Shown: positions 8,384 through 15,470 of the stretch, in pieces
Layout of the letters: each line of letters starts with the position of its first letter
Numbering within the stretch: the first letter of the stretch is position 1
Source: a virus
Taxonomy: Duplodnaviria > Caudoviricetes
IMG/VR virus record: IMGVR_UViG_3300038393_000798
Coordinates: 1 to 29,160 of that record
DNA: 29,160 bases
Direction: 5' to 3' (one strand)
Program-made: the position numbers and the translations under genes
Notes under the pieces: generated by a model
Told to the model about the DNA's origin: nothing
The model's database searches: none
The model's input: the letters and a program-made list of their open reading frames with translations, nothing else

Positions 8384-8912
8384 AGTTATCAACTTTTGCG
8401 CAGGGCCAAGCGCCGGTAAAACTACCAACGCCTTGGGACTAGCTGCATATCTCAAAGAACTTCGCAAGGACGTTCTCTACATCCCCGAGTTCGCTATGCA
8501 AGCAGTCGTTCAGGGTCGAAAGCAGACTCTCGATGATCAGCTCTACGTCTTCGCTAAGCAAGCCAACAAGCTCTACGATGCCAAAGATCAATTTGAATTC
8601 GTAGTAACCGACTGTCCGATCTTCATGATGCTTCATTACTTAGAATCCGGTCAGTCAAAGTTCACTGGACGAAACGAGAAGTACTGGAAGCTGACTCTCA
8701 CTGATCTGATCATGCAGACTTTTGAGATGTACGACAACCTCGTTTACTTCATTGACAGAGGCGATCGAGAATTTCGTCAGGTTGGTCGACTTCAGAATGA
8801 GCAAGAGTCGAAGGAAATCGACAAACACATTCTCGACATCTTAGCACTTCAGGGAATAGAATACCGTAAGATCATGAATTGGCAGGAAGTGCTTAGTGAC
8901 ATCACTTTATAG
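8376..8912 (+). CDS. P-loop nucleotide kinase, NadR/AAA_28-like
   Basis: Start ATG 8376 (MTKVINFCAGPSAGKTT); EFA, VTDCP, GRLQNEQES..ID. Confidence 0.8.
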   Translation: MTKVINFCAGPSAGKTTNALGLAAYLKELRKDVLYIPEFAMQAVVQGRKQTLDDQLYVFAKQANKLYDAKDQFEFVVTDCPIFMMLHYLESGQSKFTGRNEKYWKLTLTDLIMQTFEMYDNLVYFIDRGDREFRQVGRLQNEQESKEIDKHILDILALQGIEYRKIMNWQEVLSDITL

Positions 8913-9177
8913 TCACTTACTAATCTTCTGCACAACGTTTGCGCTGGACATAGTCTGGGCCAGGTATACTAAATCGATTCAGAACGATCAGATCGCCGGT
9001 GCCTGCTTCTACTCCGCTATGATTTATTTCCTGGCGGGGTTTGCTACCATTTCATATGTAAGCGATCACCTGCTCCTTCTCTCGGGAGCACTAGGTGCCG
9101 TTGCTGGAACGTTCTCAGCCCTCAAGCTTGAGCATCTCTTCACCATCGATTGGTATCGGCGTTTTCTTCAACTATAA
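8896..9177 (+). CDS. small multi-TM membrane protein
   Basis: Three hydrophobic segments, GALGAVAGTF. Confidence 0.7.
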   Translation: MTSLYSHLLIFCTTFALDIVWARYTKSIQNDQIAGACFYSAMIYFLAGFATISYVSDHLLLLSGALGAVAGTFSALKLEHLFTIDWYRRFLQL

Positions 9178-9241
9178 GTATACTCGGTTCGTAACTGGTT
9201 TACAGTTATATCATCACCGAATAAACGAAAGGTTCTGAGGA

Positions 9242-9712
9242 ATGTCGACACTTCATATGATGGTGGGGTTGCCTGCGTCTGGAAAAAGCACGTGGCGCGA
9301 TGCCCAGGCAAGAATCTACGGTGGAATCGTCGCTTCATCCGACGACTACATCGAGGCCCAAGCTAAGGAGCAGGGAAAGACTTATAACGACGTTTTCAAG
9401 GAATCAATCAAGGGCGCCGAGACTCACGTCAAGTCCCTGGTGACGTACGCCGTTCAGTACAACAAGCCCCTGATCTGGGATCAGACGAATCTCAACGTCA
9501 AGACCCGTCAGAAGAAGCTTCTGATGATTCCATACAACTGGAAGAAGATCGCAGTTGTGGTTCGCTGCCGGGACTTTGATGAATGGAAGAGGCGCCTGAT
9601 GTCCAGGCCCGGCAAAACTATTCCAGTCGAGATCATTCGGAATATGATGAACTCTTGTGAGACGCCGACTCTCGAAGAGGGATTCAACGAAATCATCGAG
9701 GTATGGACGTGA
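9242..9712 (+). CDS. P-loop kinase, AAA_33 / PNK 5'-kinase-like
   Basis: MVGLPASGKSTW, SSDD, WDQTNL...R, RPGKTIP, PT.EEGF. Confidence 0.85.
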   Translation: MSTLHMMVGLPASGKSTWRDAQARIYGGIVASSDDYIEAQAKEQGKTYNDVFKESIKGAETHVKSLVTYAVQYNKPLIWDQTNLNVKTRQKKLLMIPYNWKKIAVVVRCRDFDEWKRRLMSRPGKTIPVEIIRNMMNSCETPTLEEGFNEIIEVWT

Positions 9713-10323
9713 TCAAGCAGTTAGCCGTTGGACTTCTGGTCAATTTACTGACCACGGCTCCGGTGCTCGGTAAACCCATGCACTTCTACTTGACTCCTAA
9801 AGGAGACGTTCGGGCAGAGGGAAACATCGTATACAGCAAGACGTTCGAGGAGCTTGAACTCTTCTCGATGGTAGTGGACATCAGGCACCGGACGTTTATC
9901 TTAAACTCAGACGGCGGAAACGTTGATGAGACGATGAAGATCGGTCGATTCCTGCGTAAGAACGAAGCGAACACCGAAGTGGGAAAAGTTCTTGACAACG
10001 GTGCTGTGATAAACACGGGCAGATGCGAGTCGATATGCCCGTTCTTGTTCATCTCCGGCGTTCATCGTCATGTTACTCCGGGTAACGTTCTGACCGTTCA
10101 TCAGCTTCACATAACGAGCATGGAGAACACTCCGGACGATCTATTCAACGCCGTGCAGGTGTCGAATATTCAGATGTCCTTGGGTGAGCTAGCAGTGTAC
10201 ACCGAGGAGATGGGCGTCTCGATGGAGATGATCCACGTGATGACGACGCGTGAAGCCTGGCGCTTCGATCTTCGTCAGCTTACAGATCGGGAAATGAGAG
10301 ACTACAATATAGTTACGAAATAG
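9703..10323 (+). CDS. ClpP/crotonase-fold protein with signal peptide (COG3904-like)
   Basis: LNSDGGNV, IGRFLRK, CESICPFLFISGVHR, VHQ; hydrophobic N-terminus. Confidence 0.7.
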   Translation: MDVIKQLAVGLLVNLLTTAPVLGKPMHFYLTPKGDVRAEGNIVYSKTFEELELFSMVVDIRHRTFILNSDGGNVDETMKIGRFLRKNEANTEVGKVLDNGAVINTGRCESICPFLFISGVHRHVTPGNVLTVHQLHITSMENTPDDLFNAVQVSNIQMSLGELAVYTEEMGVSMEMIHVMTTREAWRFDLRQLTDREMRDYNIVTK

Positions 10324-10324
10324 T

Positions 10325-10355
10325 TTTACATCGGTGTGCAGCTGGTGTATAAATA
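10325..10355 (+). promoter_or_regulatory. overlapping sigma70-like (TTTACA-17-TATAAA) and T4 late (TATAAATA) promoter of tmRNA
   Basis: TTTACA 10325-10330, TG-TATAAATA 10346-10355. Confidence 0.75.
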
Positions 10356-10361
10356 CAAAGT

Positions 10362-10684
10362 CAACTTGATGACGTTTGGAAGTAAGAGCGAAGACACCGG
10401 GGCAGTACCGGTCGGGTCCACCAAAAACACTGTAGAACGACCTACGGTTTTAGATCGAGCTTAAAATAAAGCGCGTGAAATCGAATAGGAAGAACTAACT
10501 TTAATGTGAAACAGTGTTTCTGATGGGCCCGAACTAGGATCGATTCGCTTCTGAGGTAAAAATCGAGAGTTGAAGGGTGGCGAACTATCGCTCGTTATAA
10601 ATGCCAACGACAATGGTGTTCTCGATTACGCCCTCGCGGCTTAATCATGAGTTCGGTGGGAACTTGGAAACAGAATCCCACCAC
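10362..10684 (+). ncRNA. ssrA: permuted (two-piece) tmRNA, alphaproteobacterial type; tag (A)ANDNGVLDYALAA
   Basis: T arm ACCGG-GGCAGTA-CCGGT and acceptor 3' strand CGGGTCC-A-CCA (10396-10423) precede the 5' strand GGGCCCG-AACTAGGATCGA (10525-); G3.U70 Ala identity pair; GAGCGAA/TTCGCTT helix; tag frame GCC 10603 to TAA 10644; 3' GGTGGGA...TCCCACC hairpin. Ends approximate. Confidence 0.92.
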
Positions 10685-10692
10685 TAATTCTA

Positions 10693-10848
10693 ATCGACGC
10701 CATGCCCGATTGTAGTGGGCGGTCGATACACCAAGGTAAGGAAAGGGTTGGGGTAGTAGCCAACCACAGCGTAACCAAGCTACTACTGCGCTGTAAACGG
10801 AGAATGGGAAATCGTATCGTCGATGGATACCTCACCGGCCTTGGTGTA
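10693..10848 (+). ncRNA. putative structured ncRNA 1 (unassigned)
   Basis: Closing stem TACACCAAGG/CCTTGGTGTA; crossing helices GTAGTAGC/GCTACTAC and ACAGCG/CGCTGT; hairpins ATCGAC/GTCGAT and GTATC/GATAC; no credible ORF. Confidence 0.55.
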
Positions 10849-10875
10849 CTAGTTTCTTTATTATGAGGAAGTGAA

Positions 10876-11061
10876 ATGTTCTATAGAGCACTCTTAGTTA
10901 CTATAGTAGCATTTGGACTAGCGTATCTAGCTGTTCCAATTGGTTCGTCTATCGATTCTGCCTTAGCGGCTATGCGTTTTCTGTTTGCATTAGCATCGGG
11001 GATGATTGGAATTGTTACAGCGAGCGTAGCGGCTTTCTGCTTCATCGAGAAGAAGATCTGA
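10876..11061 (+). CDS. small two-TM membrane protein
   Basis: GAGGA RBS; two hydrophobic helices, basic tail. Confidence 0.7.
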   Translation: MFYRALLVTIVAFGLAYLAVPIGSSIDSALAAMRFLFALASGMIGIVTASVAAFCFIEKKI

Positions 11062-11178
11062 GTATAGACAGGTCGACTACCCTGAAGTGTAGTCTGGTGG
11101 AGGCGTCTTCCTGTTATAGGACGAACGGCCCATGGAGCTCGGAGGACAAGCTCGTGAAACACCTCCATTCTTTTATAC
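11062..11178 (+). ncRNA. putative structured ncRNA 2 or cis-regulatory leader (unassigned)
   Basis: GTATAGA/TTTATAC closing stem, GACTAC/GTAGTC, GGTGGAGG/CCTCCATT, TCCTG/TAGGA, GAGCT/AGCTC. Confidence 0.5.
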
Positions 11179-11219
11179 AACGCACACATCGCATACAACG
11201 TACACATTGGAGAAAATAA

Positions 11220-11528
11220 GTGGCTAGAACACGAATCTTTGAGGGTCACCACCGCGTCGACGTAAACCAAGACGCAATCATCGTGGAGCTTCCATCCGGT
11301 GAAAAGTGCTGGGCTCACGTCAACGTATACTCAATGCGTGCTCGTGTTCAGGTTGGTTCCATGGGCTGGATCTCCGGATCGATCGTAGAAGACGTAGACG
11401 GTGTATGGGTCTTCCGTCCATGCAACTCCACTTCTAAAGCCAAGCTCGCGATGCTCGCAACTTGGAAGCGAAAGCACGCCCTGACTATGAAAAACGGACA
11501 CTACATCGAGGGAAGAAAGGCAGCATGA
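11220..11528 (+). CDS. hypothetical protein (GTG start)
   Basis: GGAGA RBS; leader resembles the gp32 leader. Confidence 0.7.
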   Translation: MARTRIFEGHHRVDVNQDAIIVELPSGEKCWAHVNVYSMRARVQVGSMGWISGSIVEDVDGVWVFRPCNSTSKAKLAMLATWKRKHALTMKNGHYIEGRKAA

Positions 11529-11728
11529 CACCGGCACCGTACTCACACTACATCGGCAAGAAGCTCGTAGACGTCATCGACCAGATCAAGGAGCAAGCCG
11601 ACAATCACGGCCACTTTACAGTCAACGTACTCGATCAAGTGCTTCGGAACAACATCGACCACAATGGGAAGCGCCTGAACTTGCGAGTCGACGACAACTC
11701 AATCATCCAGGACATCTTTATTGGATGA
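11525..11728 (+). CDS. peptidase inhibitor I78 / potato-inhibitor-I-like protein
   Basis: Start ATG 11525; YIGK...DHNGKRLNLRVDDNSIIQDIFIG matches the D-x4-RLN-x3-D...G C-terminus of this fold. Confidence 0.6.
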   Translation: MTPAPYSHYIGKKLVDVIDQIKEQADNHGHFTVNVLDQVLRNNIDHNGKRLNLRVDDNSIIQDIFIG

Positions 11729-11952
11729 CTTCCCACCTGAATAAAGCCGCTGAGTTCTATGAGAGCGTGGAGAAGATGGCTCGAGGTGGTGCAACCTACC
11801 TCGACGCCATAGTCGAATGGTGCTCCAGGAAGGGCCTGGAAATTGAGTCCGTGGCTCCGCTTATCGAGAAGAACCCAAAGTTCCTGGCACAACTCAGGAT
11901 CGATGCCGAGGATCTACATTTTCTTTCTAAAGGATCGCGCCTTCCCCTATGA
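11725..11952 (+). CDS. gp33: late-promoter transcription co-activator (T4 gp33)
   Basis: YLDAIVEWC..GLEIESVAPLI...AEDLHFL.K.SRLPL; near gp59/gp32. Confidence 0.88.
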   Translation: MTSHLNKAAEFYESVEKMARGGATYLDAIVEWCSRKGLEIESVAPLIEKNPKFLAQLRIDAEDLHFLSKGSRLPL

Positions 11953-12137
11953 AGCAGATAGTTGAAGTGTACTTCGTAGACGGTACTCCTCCATTCAAGT
12001 TTGAGACCCAGGAAGAGGCTTCTAAGCAAACGGCATCGAAGATCTTTCGGGAAGGCTTCATCGCTAATCACGATGATGGTTCCATCACATATCACTCACC
12101 CCACAACATAAAGAAGGTAGTCGTAAAGCCCTCCTGA
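11949..12137 (+). CDS. hypothetical protein
   Basis: ATGA overlap with gp33. Confidence 0.7.
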   Translation: MKQIVEVYFVDGTPPFKFETQEEASKQTASKIFREGFIANHDDGSITYHSPHNIKKVVVKPS

Positions 12138-12164
12138 GTCCTAAATACCAGAGCTGATGGAGGG
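12129..12164 (+). promoter_or_regulatory. late-promoter-like CCTAAATA within a stem-loop that can occlude the RBS
   Basis: CCCTCC 12129-12134 pairs with GGAGGG 12159-12164; CCTAAATA 12140-12147 lies in the loop. Confidence 0.55.
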
Positions 12165-12168
12165 GTAA

Positions 12169-12660
12169 GTGAGACTTACTATCAACGGAGAAGTCAGGAA
12201 GAGGGATATCCCTGACATCAAGAGGGCCGTACGCTTCTACGCCAATGAATTGATGTCGAAGAGCTTGGTCAAGAAGCTGAAAATCACCATCAGGTTCGTC
12301 AGCGACATAAAAAACACCGCTGAGGTGACGTGGACCAGCGTTAGTCCGGTTCGACCCAAGAGCTTCCTGATCTACGTCAATTCCAGCAAAAAATCAAAAG
12401 TCAAGCTCCTCAAGACATTGGGTCATGAACTGACACACGTCAAGCAGTTTGCAACCGGCGAGCTCAAGGACTTAGTCTCAAAATCTCAAGTCAGGTGGAA
12501 GGACAAGCTCTATCCATTCCCCGATGCCGAGCCTGATAAACCAGAGACGTATTGGAACGCTCCATGGGAGATCGAGGCTTATGGCCGTGAGGTAGGTCTC
12601 TATCATCTCTATAAGAAGCACATCACCGATCAAAAACGCTTAGCTTGTAGGAACAAATGA
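12169..12660 (+). CDS. zinc metallopeptidase-like protein (HExxH)
   Basis: TLGHELTHVKQF...YWNAPWEIEAYG. Confidence 0.8.
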   Translation: MRLTINGEVRKRDIPDIKRAVRFYANELMSKSLVKKLKITIRFVSDIKNTAEVTWTSVSPVRPKSFLIYVNSSKKSKVKLLKTLGHELTHVKQFATGELKDLVSKSQVRWKDKLYPFPDAEPDKPETYWNAPWEIEAYGREVGLYHLYKKHITDQKRLACRNK

Positions 12661-12773
12661 ATCGCGTAATCGATCTGCTGATACGTTTGACCGTTTTCCT
12701 CATCTTCATTCAGTGCATCCGCACTAAGCACAAGCAGTATAAGAAATCATTATCATGGAGGTTTACAAAATGA
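12657..12773 (+). CDS. small hydrophobic/basic protein (38 aa), not in ORF track
   Basis: MNRVIDLLIRLTVFLIFIQCIRTKHKQYKKSLSWRFTK*; ATGA overlaps at both ends. Confidence 0.5.
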   Translation: MNRVIDLLIRLTVFLIFIQCIRTKHKQYKKSLSWRFTK

Positions 12774-12979
12774 GACAGGCCAGTACGTATCGCGGTGCCC
12801 GCCGCAACGACTTCAACACTGTTTCGGGCAGGCGTCTGAACAAGAGTTTTGAGAGGCGCCAGGGATCAAAGGGACACAGCACCGATCCAACTCACGTCCT
12901 CTTCGTTCCTCCGGTACGTGAGAACAAGAGACTCGGTCTAGGTGAAATCAAGCACAAGAAGATGGTGGTGCCGGCATGA
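12770..12979 (+). CDS. basic hypothetical protein (STYRGARRN)
   Basis: GGAGG RBS at 12757-12761 favours ATG 12770. Confidence 0.7.
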   Translation: MRQASTYRGARRNDFNTVSGRRLNKSFERRQGSKGHSTDPTHVLFVPPVRENKRLGLGEIKHKKMVVPA

Positions 12980-13317
12980 CATACCGCGCAGGAGACGTAG
13001 TCTACATCAAGGGAATTATTGAAGAATGGCTTGCGTCTGATCCTTCTGACCCTCTTACATCTTCTTATTTCGTTGTTTCGATACCCAACACCAATGGTCC
13101 ATTTCCTTTAAAGGATCTTGCGAACTCCATCACTCAGCATACGCAAACGATTCGTGCAGGGGATAGAGTCAATAAGTATGCGGAAAAATACACAGACTGC
13201 ATCAGCTCCGGCATCGTATGCTTCATTACAGAGGATGGCTCTCATGCACTCGTTGAAGCGAGGCCCGGTGATTATAGATCAGTGAGAGTCAGCGAACTGG
13301 ATAGAATCAATCATTGA
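12976..13317 (+). CDS. hypothetical protein
   Basis: ATGA overlap. Confidence 0.7.
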   Translation: MTYRAGDVVYIKGIIEEWLASDPSDPLTSSYFVVSIPNTNGPFPLKDLANSITQHTQTIRAGDRVNKYAEKYTDCISSGIVCFITEDGSHALVEARPGDYRSVRVSELDRINH

Positions 13318-13898
13318 CATCAGCATTTGAAGCGTATAAAATCTATCTTGGACTCAAGCGACACTTTGAACCTGGAAGCAAGTACGATTACATTCGATAT
13401 AATGGTCAGACCAACGCTTCGCAGAAGTCGTTTGAGAATAGAAAAGACAAGATCTTTTTCCAAAAGCTAGCCAAGCATCCCGATGTGCTTGGCCTTCTAG
13501 TTGCTAACCTATCACATGATCCGAAGACGTGGATAGGTTCAATTCCATACAACGCAGAAGCACTCAAGCGCTATGACGACAGAGTCAAGACTATTCAATC
13601 TCTGGCGTATACAGTTGCGTCTCAGCTTCCATCAGGCTGTAAGTGCGACTTCAACGCTTTTCTTAAAGCGGAGGAGAATGAGCACCCACCCCTGCTACGC
13701 TGCTATCTTTCTGGAAAGATAAGCATCGAGATCATGATCGTTCTGGACGATCTGACACACTTCAGTAAATCATGGAAGCGCATACTCAAGGATGACTTGA
13801 TATGCATGGAAGTTCTCGAAAAAATCGAGAAGTGCAGGCCGTTTCTTCAGTACGATCGGGAAATGGTTAGAACGGCGATTATTAAAAAATATTCATAG
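13314..13898 (+). CDS. gp59: helicase loader (T4 gp59)
   Basis: AFEAYKIYLGLKRHF, YDYIRYNG, SFENRKDKIFFQKL, HPPLL..YLSGKISIE; directly upstream of gp32. Confidence 0.9.
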   Translation: MTSAFEAYKIYLGLKRHFEPGSKYDYIRYNGQTNASQKSFENRKDKIFFQKLAKHPDVLGLLVANLSHDPKTWIGSIPYNAEALKRYDDRVKTIQSLAYTVASQLPSGCKCDFNAFLKAEENEHPPLLRCYLSGKISIEIMIVLDDLTHFSKSWKRILKDDLICMEVLEKIEKCRPFLQYDREMVRTAIIKKYS

Positions 13899-13925
13899 CA
13901 TCGTCTAAAAAAAGTCGTCGAGGTC

Positions 13926-13933
13926 TATAAATA
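13926..13933 (+). promoter_or_regulatory. T4 late promoter TATAAATA upstream of gp32
   Basis: Exact consensus in the intergenic region. Confidence 0.75.
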
Positions 13934-13993
13934 GACTGTCGAAAGACAAAACACATCGTACACTCAGAATACAACGTATACAAGGAGAATATA

Positions 13994-14932
13994 TTGGCAC
14001 TATCATTTGCTGAACTAAAGAAGTCGCGTTCCACATCATTCGATAAACTGAACGCAGAGCTCGACAAGCTCAACTCCAAATCATTTTCAAAAACAGACGA
14101 ACGCTTTTGGCAACCGACGGTGGATAAAGCCGGCAATGGTTACGCAGTCGTGCGTTTTCTAGATTCACCGGAAGGTGAGGATGTTCCCTTCATTCGTCGT
14201 TGGGATCACGGCTTCACTGGAACTGGCGGCGGCTGGTACATTGAGCTGTCGCTCAACACAATCGGTAAGGATGATCCGGTCTCAGACATGAACCGCAAGC
14301 TCTGGGCCGAGGGTGAGGGATCGGCTGGTCGAAAGATCGTGTCCGGTCACGGCACTACAGCTGGAACCAAGCGTCGGATGCACTACATCTCGAACATCTT
14401 AGTGATCGAGGACCCAGCTCATCCGGAGAACAACGGTAAAGTGTTTCTCTATCAGTACGGAAAGAAGATCTTTGATAAGCTCAATGATCTGATGAACCCG
14501 AAGTTTCCCGATGAACAGCCGGTCAATCCGTTTGATCTCTGGGAAGGCGCAGACTTCAAGATCAAGATTCGTCAGGTTGAGGGTTTCCGCAACTACGACA
14601 AGTCTGAGTTCGATGATCCGTCGCCGATCGCTGACTCAGACGATAAGATCGAGAAGATCTGGAAGTCCGCTCACTCACTTCAATCCTTCCTTGATCCGAA
14701 GCTCTTCAAGTCGTACGAGGAGCTCGAGAAGAAGATGCTCAAGGTGCTGGGAATGTCAGCCCACACCGCAGCTGAGCGAAGTGTTCGAGAGGACATCGCT
14801 GAAAAGACCACGGCTCCTAAGGAGACTAAGTCTGCTCCGCCCCGCCAGGAATCTGGTATCACAATGCCCTCTACTGAAGAGAGCGCCGATGAAGAGGGTC
14901 TCGAGTTCTTTCAGAAGCTTGCGAATAAGTAG
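13994..14932 (+). CDS. gp32: single-stranded DNA-binding protein (T4 gp32), TTG start
   Basis: SFAELKK, DERFWQP..DKAGNGYAVVRFL, YISNILVIEDPAHPENNGKVFLY.YGKKIFDK, GADFKIKIR, NYDKSEF, acidic tail ending FFQKLA. Confidence 0.96.
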   Translation: MALSFAELKKSRSTSFDKLNAELDKLNSKSFSKTDERFWQPTVDKAGNGYAVVRFLDSPEGEDVPFIRRWDHGFTGTGGGWYIELSLNTIGKDDPVSDMNRKLWAEGEGSAGRKIVSGHGTTAGTKRRMHYISNILVIEDPAHPENNGKVFLYQYGKKIFDKLNDLMNPKFPDEQPVNPFDLWEGADFKIKIRQVEGFRNYDKSEFDDPSPIADSDDKIEKIWKSAHSLQSFLDPKLFKSYEELEKKMLKVLGMSAHTAAERSVREDIAEKTTAPKETKSAPPRQESGITMPSTEESADEEGLEFFQKLANK

Positions 14933-14959
14933 TTCTGAAAGCGCGTAGCCAAAACAACT

Positions 14960-14990
14960 AAGCCCAGGATTTTTCCTGGGCTTTTCTTTT
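14960..14990. terminator. rho-independent terminator between convergent gp32 and holin
   Basis: AAGCCCAGGA-TTTT-TCCTGGGCTT followed by a T-rich run. Confidence 0.85.
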
Positions 14991-15444
14991 ATCCTGATCT
15001 ATCATCGGCCGATGGATCAATCTTTTCCTTCGTCCTTCCCCATGCAGTGATGCCTAGAACAGCACCGAAGGTAACGTGGATAAGTCCTCCACCCTCTAAC
15101 GTCAGCGGATGCCATGGTGTGTATGGGATAGCCCGCACCCAGGGAAGAACTGGAATGACCATGGACATGACCGGTGCGATGATGAAGTCGAATGCGACCA
15201 TCGCCATGTAGAGCCAGGCCATCATCGGACGCCAGTTGTTGACGAACCACTTCTCCGTGATTGGAGATTCATTGCTGCGCACCAGCGACCAGTCGAACTC
15301 ATTGCGACGACGTCTATAGTCATCATCGTAGTCCTGCCGCTCATATGAAGGTGTGTACGACGTTGAGCTCGTAGTCGCCGTTACTTCATTGGTCTCAACT
15401 GTGATTCCCTCTGTAGAGGGAGTGCCATCTTCATTGTGCGACAT
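14989..15444 (-). CDS. holin (3TM/GTA-holin-like family)
   Basis: WRPMMAWLYM..FDFIIAP...PLTLEGGGLIH..GAVLGITAWGRTKEKI; preceded by late-type CATAAATA. Confidence 0.75.
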   Translation of the reverse strand: MSHNEDGTPSTEGITVETNEVTATTSSTSYTPSYERQDYDDDYRRRRNEFDWSLVRSNESPITEKWFVNNWRPMMAWLYMAMVAFDFIIAPVMSMVIPVLPWVRAIPYTPWHPLTLEGGGLIHVTFGAVLGITAWGRTKEKIDPSADDRSG

Positions 15445-15462
15445 CGTGCATTCCTTTTTAGC

Positions 15463-15470
15463 TATTTATG
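15463..15470 (-). promoter_or_regulatory. late promoter variant CATAAATA for the holin
   Basis: Overlaps the upstream stop; AAGGA RBS follows. Confidence 0.6.

Noticed and set aside
649-8636. Long antisense ORFs (649-1392, 2881-3771, 5365-5862 and others)
   Set aside because: They mirror well-supported + strand genes; shadow ORFs without RBS or motifs.
10740-10815. Cobalamin riboswitch (GCGCTGTAA...TGGGAA resemblance)
   Set aside because: Other conserved elements (AGGGAA-CGGTG, GCCACTG, AG.C.G.AGACC) are absent.
11081-11160. Hammerhead ribozyme (CTGAAG ... stem ... GAAAC)
   Set aside because: No CUGANGA directly 5' of the stem that precedes GAAA; core order does not fit.
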